DNA from: Thermoplasmatales archaeon SW_10_69_26
Lineage (GTDB): Archaea > Thermoplasmatota > SW-10-69-26
DNA: 27,470 bases
Direction of reading: 5' to 3'
Assembly (NCBI GenBank): GCA_003009755.1
Contig: PXUB01000025.1
Span: 144,877 to 172,346 of the forward strand
Position 1 is the first letter of the stretch. Every line of letters begins with the position of its first letter. This document shows, in pieces, positions 25,501 to 27,470 of the stretch. The notes beneath the pieces were generated by a model. The model searched no databases, was not told the origin of the DNA, and was given only the letters and a program-made list of their open reading frames with translations. Both the position numbers and the translations under genes were made by a program.

Positions 25501-25667
25501 ACTGGGAGCCCACGCCAGGCGAGCACACGATCACGGCCCGCGCCGACGACGCCCAAGCCGAGACCCTCGTCGACGCCGGCGAGGCCACCGACGACGCGCC
25601 CGCGCCGGGCCTGGCGGCTTCGATCGCCGCGCTGGCCGCCGCCGGGTTCCTGCGTCGGCGGTGGTGA
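22503..25667 (+). CDS. CARDB-repeat cell-surface protein 3 (9 repeats)
   Basis: Signal peptide MRLGTLVAALTLVFAAFTPVVGA. Nine Ig-like repeats, most with ADP...E..EDNN-type ends. C-terminus DAPAPG-hydrophobic-RRRW. TATA CCTTAAAC overlaps the previous stop. Confidence 0.93.
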   Translation: MRLGTLVAALTLVFAAFTPVVGAQPGTAAPDIEVTDVGWDQLVLDEPTTFTATVHNGGDEAREEPFDVVVSLEDAGFEQTVTVDQLNASETVTVSTPEPWTANTGRYTVNATADVDEGGTLDENRNANNHRNRSFAIGPDLTLHEIRLDPSTPIEGQGVQVSAKIENVARRGEHDIQTPFTVSFDVEETEVTLTTDPIQQLRPNDPVWVQANQAWTPEEGSYTVNAEADPDGNVTEISEDNNTAQRAVTVKAAQPDLVLTDVSPSQRPAPGDEVAVQATIENQGTADVTDGFDVRFRINGTTHGPDVAAGIDEDGLQPGENVTVSSQAWTASEGSHQLEAIADPADNVTESRSGNNERVRTVHVGPDLVVSDVLWTPDPTAVRHETSIEARVLNQGTVDVTETTSLDVEIPDEVSFSADVSPLGAGDSVQLTVGTWEAPTENTTYPVEARADADEDASEIDEDNNLREEQMVVTEARPDLVTSEVRLDPPTPASGEDARIEATIENNGSAAPEEDIEVQFRVDGEPVGEPGTIDNGPVEEFGPGSSTTVTSDAWTTTTGVHEVSVHADPEGNETEIREDNNEATREEAIGPDAQLVDIDRSPEDADVGETVNVDVVVANAGTETIDDVPVDVLVDGEPVGNATAEQLEPGANATVSVPWASTEGDHTVRAVADPGGLVSEAREDNNAREESFSATTSADLQATAIRSSDDPRTGDKLRFTARVANTGTAPVEGSFTTTFHVDDEPIGTVELDGMGVGNSTTAVSDTWTAEPGSHTVRVVVDADDAVREEDGEDDNERTTQIRVAEPDGDQPTRSGPVNLTVSGISVPDPIAPGDAVTFLATIGNEGGQRAPVTEARILIDGEAVGQPEVDELGAGQRISVTSDTWNATRGEHTITVIADVLDDADESDEEDNERVKRIQVGNATSPDEGNEADGGLSLGPVSTTEPVQAGQTTRPTVEATNRGPDPVDVTVTFYIDGSQLGEASLVGLDPGQTATLEGPDWEPTPGEHTITARADDAQAETLVDAGEATDDAPAPGLAASIAALAAAGFLRRRW

Positions 25668-25668
25668 C

Positions 25669-26571
25669 GTGACCTCGCCCGCCATCGAGACGGACGGGCT
25701 GATGAAGCGGTACGGCGACGCGATCGGCATCGAGGGCCTGGACCTCGAGGTCGACCGCGGCGAGGTCTTCGGCTTCCTGGGCCCCAACGGGGCCGGCAAG
25801 ACGACGACGATCCGGCTGCTGTTGGACCTGATTCGGCCGACGCGCGGCTCAGCGCGCGTGCTCGGCATGGACGTGAACGAGGCCTCGCTCGAGGTGCGCC
25901 ACACCGTCGGTTACCTGCCCGGCGAGCTGGCGCTTTGGCCGGATCCCACACCGCGGGAGACGGTTCGCCACCTGGCGAAGGTGCGCGGCGAGCGCGTGCC
26001 GGAGCCCGAGATCGAGCGCCTGGCCGAGCGGCTGGGCGTGCAGATGGACCGGCCCGTGGGGGAGCTGTCGAGCGGGAACAAGCAGAAGGTCGGCCTGCTG
26101 CAGGCGTTCGCGAGCCGACCCGAGATCTTGATCCTCGACGAGCCCACGCGCGGGCTGGACCCGCTCGTCCAACAGGAGGTGCGCCACCTGATCTGCGAGG
26201 CCCGCGAGGAGGGGCCCGCCGTGTTCCTGTCCAGCCACGTCCTCCACGAGGTCGAGCAGGTCTGCGACCGGGTCGCGATCGTGCGCGAGGGCGAGCTGGT
26301 CACCGTGGAGGCGGTGGACGAGCTCGTGCACCGCAGCGTGCGTCGGATGAACGTCACGTTCGCCGAGGCTCCGCCGGCGGACCTGTTGGCGGGTATCGAG
26401 GGCGCGGGACGTGCACCGCGACCGGGGCGGATGGCGTTCACGGTCGAGGGCGCCATCGACCCCGTCCTGAAGCGGCTGGCCGAGCGCGAGGTGCTGGACG
26501 TGCGCAGCCACGAGCCCAGCCTCGAAGAGGTGTTCCTCGACCGCTACGAGGAGGACGACGGTGGGGCGTGA
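25669..26571 (+). CDS. ABC transporter ATP-binding protein (ABC-2/DrrA-like exporter)
   Basis: Walker A GPNGAGKTT, signature LSSGNKQK, Walker B ILILDEPT, H-loop SSHVL, C-terminal SLEEVF. Confidence 0.95.
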   Translation: MTSPAIETDGLMKRYGDAIGIEGLDLEVDRGEVFGFLGPNGAGKTTTIRLLLDLIRPTRGSARVLGMDVNEASLEVRHTVGYLPGELALWPDPTPRETVRHLAKVRGERVPEPEIERLAERLGVQMDRPVGELSSGNKQKVGLLQAFASRPEILILDEPTRGLDPLVQQEVRHLICEAREEGPAVFLSSHVLHEVEQVCDRVAIVREGELVTVEAVDELVHRSVRRMNVTFAEAPPADLLAGIEGAGRAPRPGRMAFTVEGAIDPVLKRLAEREVLDVRSHEPSLEEVFLDRYEEDDGGA

Positions 26572-27313
26572 CCTGCTCGGCAAGGGCCTGCGCGACGTGC
26601 GCGTGGCCGTGGTCGGTTGGACGCTGGGGCTGAGCGCCTACGCCACGCTGTTGCTGGCCGCCTACCCGTCGGTCCGGGACAACGAGGCGCTGGCGGCCTA
26701 CGTCGAGTCGCTGCCCGAGCAGATGCTGGCCTTCTTCGGGGGGGCCGACCTGACGACCGTGGGCGGGTACTTCCAGGCCGAGCTGTTCAGCTACCTGCCG
26801 GCACTGTTGGCCGTGTTCACGGTCGGCAAGGCGATCGCGTCGACCGTGGGCGAGGAGGAGTCCGGCGCCATGGATCTGGTGCTCGCGCAACCGGTGCCGC
26901 GTTGGCAGGTGTTCGCCTCGCGGTTCGGCTCGCTCGCCATCGCGACCACGCTGATCGCAACCGGCTTGGCCGTCACGCTGGCCGTCGGCGGCGCGATCGT
27001 GGGCATCGCGGGGGCCAACATCGTCGCGTTGGCCGCCTGGTGCTACCTGGGGGCCCTGCTGGCGCTGGTGTTCGGGGCTGCCACGATGGCCGTGGGTGCC
27101 CTCGCCTCCTCGCGACGGGCGCCGCTCGTCGTCGGCGCCGCGCTGGCCGCCGGTACGTTCCTCGTCGACGGGATCGCCCGCCTCGTCGACCAACTGGATC
27201 CCTACCACCAGGCCAATCCCTACCACTGGTACGCGTTGACGAACCCCGTCGCCGGCGAGGTCTCCTGGTGGGGGTTGGGAGGCCTCCTAGACTGCCGGAC
27301 GTGTTTTGCTTAA
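26561..27313 (+). CDS. ABC-2 type permease, C-terminus probably truncated by an insertion
   Basis: GEEESGAMDLVLAQPVPR motif and NPYHWY. The expected final TM helix is replaced after WWGLGGLL by DCRTCFA*. Confidence 0.85.
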   Translation: MGRDLLGKGLRDVRVAVVGWTLGLSAYATLLLAAYPSVRDNEALAAYVESLPEQMLAFFGGADLTTVGGYFQAELFSYLPALLAVFTVGKAIASTVGEEESGAMDLVLAQPVPRWQVFASRFGSLAIATTLIATGLAVTLAVGGAIVGIAGANIVALAAWCYLGALLALVFGAATMAVGALASSRRAPLVVGAALAAGTFLVDGIARLVDQLDPYHQANPYHWYALTNPVAGEVSWWGLGGLLDCRTCFA

Positions 27314-27470
27314 GCTCTCGCGCCGGTCTGAGCGAGGCAAGGTCGCGGAGCCCGAGGAAGGAAACCCCTTTGGGGGAGGGTGTGTAGCTGTCTCAGTTCA
27401 CCCCGCTGACCAACCCCTCCCACCGCACCGGCTTGGCCGAGACCAACGAGCTTAACGCTTGCTCGAACCC
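27287..27470. mobile_element. Probable terminus of an insertion sequence (family unassigned)
   Basis: Composition changes abruptly at CTAG (27287-27290), where the permease loses its last TM helix. No transposase is visible before the window ends. Confidence 0.4.

Noticed and set aside
16957-25904. Very long antisense and alternative-frame ORFs (971, 765, 685, 1138, 735, 601 aa)
   Set aside because: Shadow ORFs of the GC-rich CARDB genes: Arg/Gly/Ser-rich, no motifs, stops rare at this GC content.
1-27470. CRISPR array, tRNA, rRNA, integrase
   Set aside because: No regularly spaced repeats, cloverleaf, rRNA signature or recombinase motifs seen. Repetitiveness at 17.4-25.7 kb is protein-domain repetition.

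Overview
GC-rich archaeal DNA encoding very acidic (salt-adapted-looking) proteins. From left to right the window holds: the SRP (7S) RNA gene; a wHTH regulator; an LVIVD-like lipoprotein; a GNAT acetyltransferase with a 90-nt in-frame insertion; the wyosine radical-SAM enzyme taw1; a small family of MRW-...-GC lipoproteins; and a ~3.4-kb cassette flanked by a ~170-bp imperfect direct repeat. The cassette contains two back-to-back 5'-truncated genes, a subtilase that appears to have a Glu-His-Ser triad and no prodomain, and an ISL3 remnant. Next come a GtrA/GT2/GT-C three-component glycosylation module, a surface-anchored PQQ-type sugar dehydrogenase, a divergent AlaX, glpK, three tandem CARDB-repeat surface proteins, and an ABC-2 transporter whose permease appears cut by an insertion at the window end. 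Five secreted proteins end in a hydrophobic segment plus Arg cluster, four of them preceded by a Pro-rich motif (a PGF-CTERM variant). Acidic proteins together with taw1 and mostly Sec-type lipoproteins suggest a halophilic archaeon outside Halobacteria, e.g. halophilic Thermoplasmatota; this is inference. All family calls come from motif recognition by eye, with no database search.
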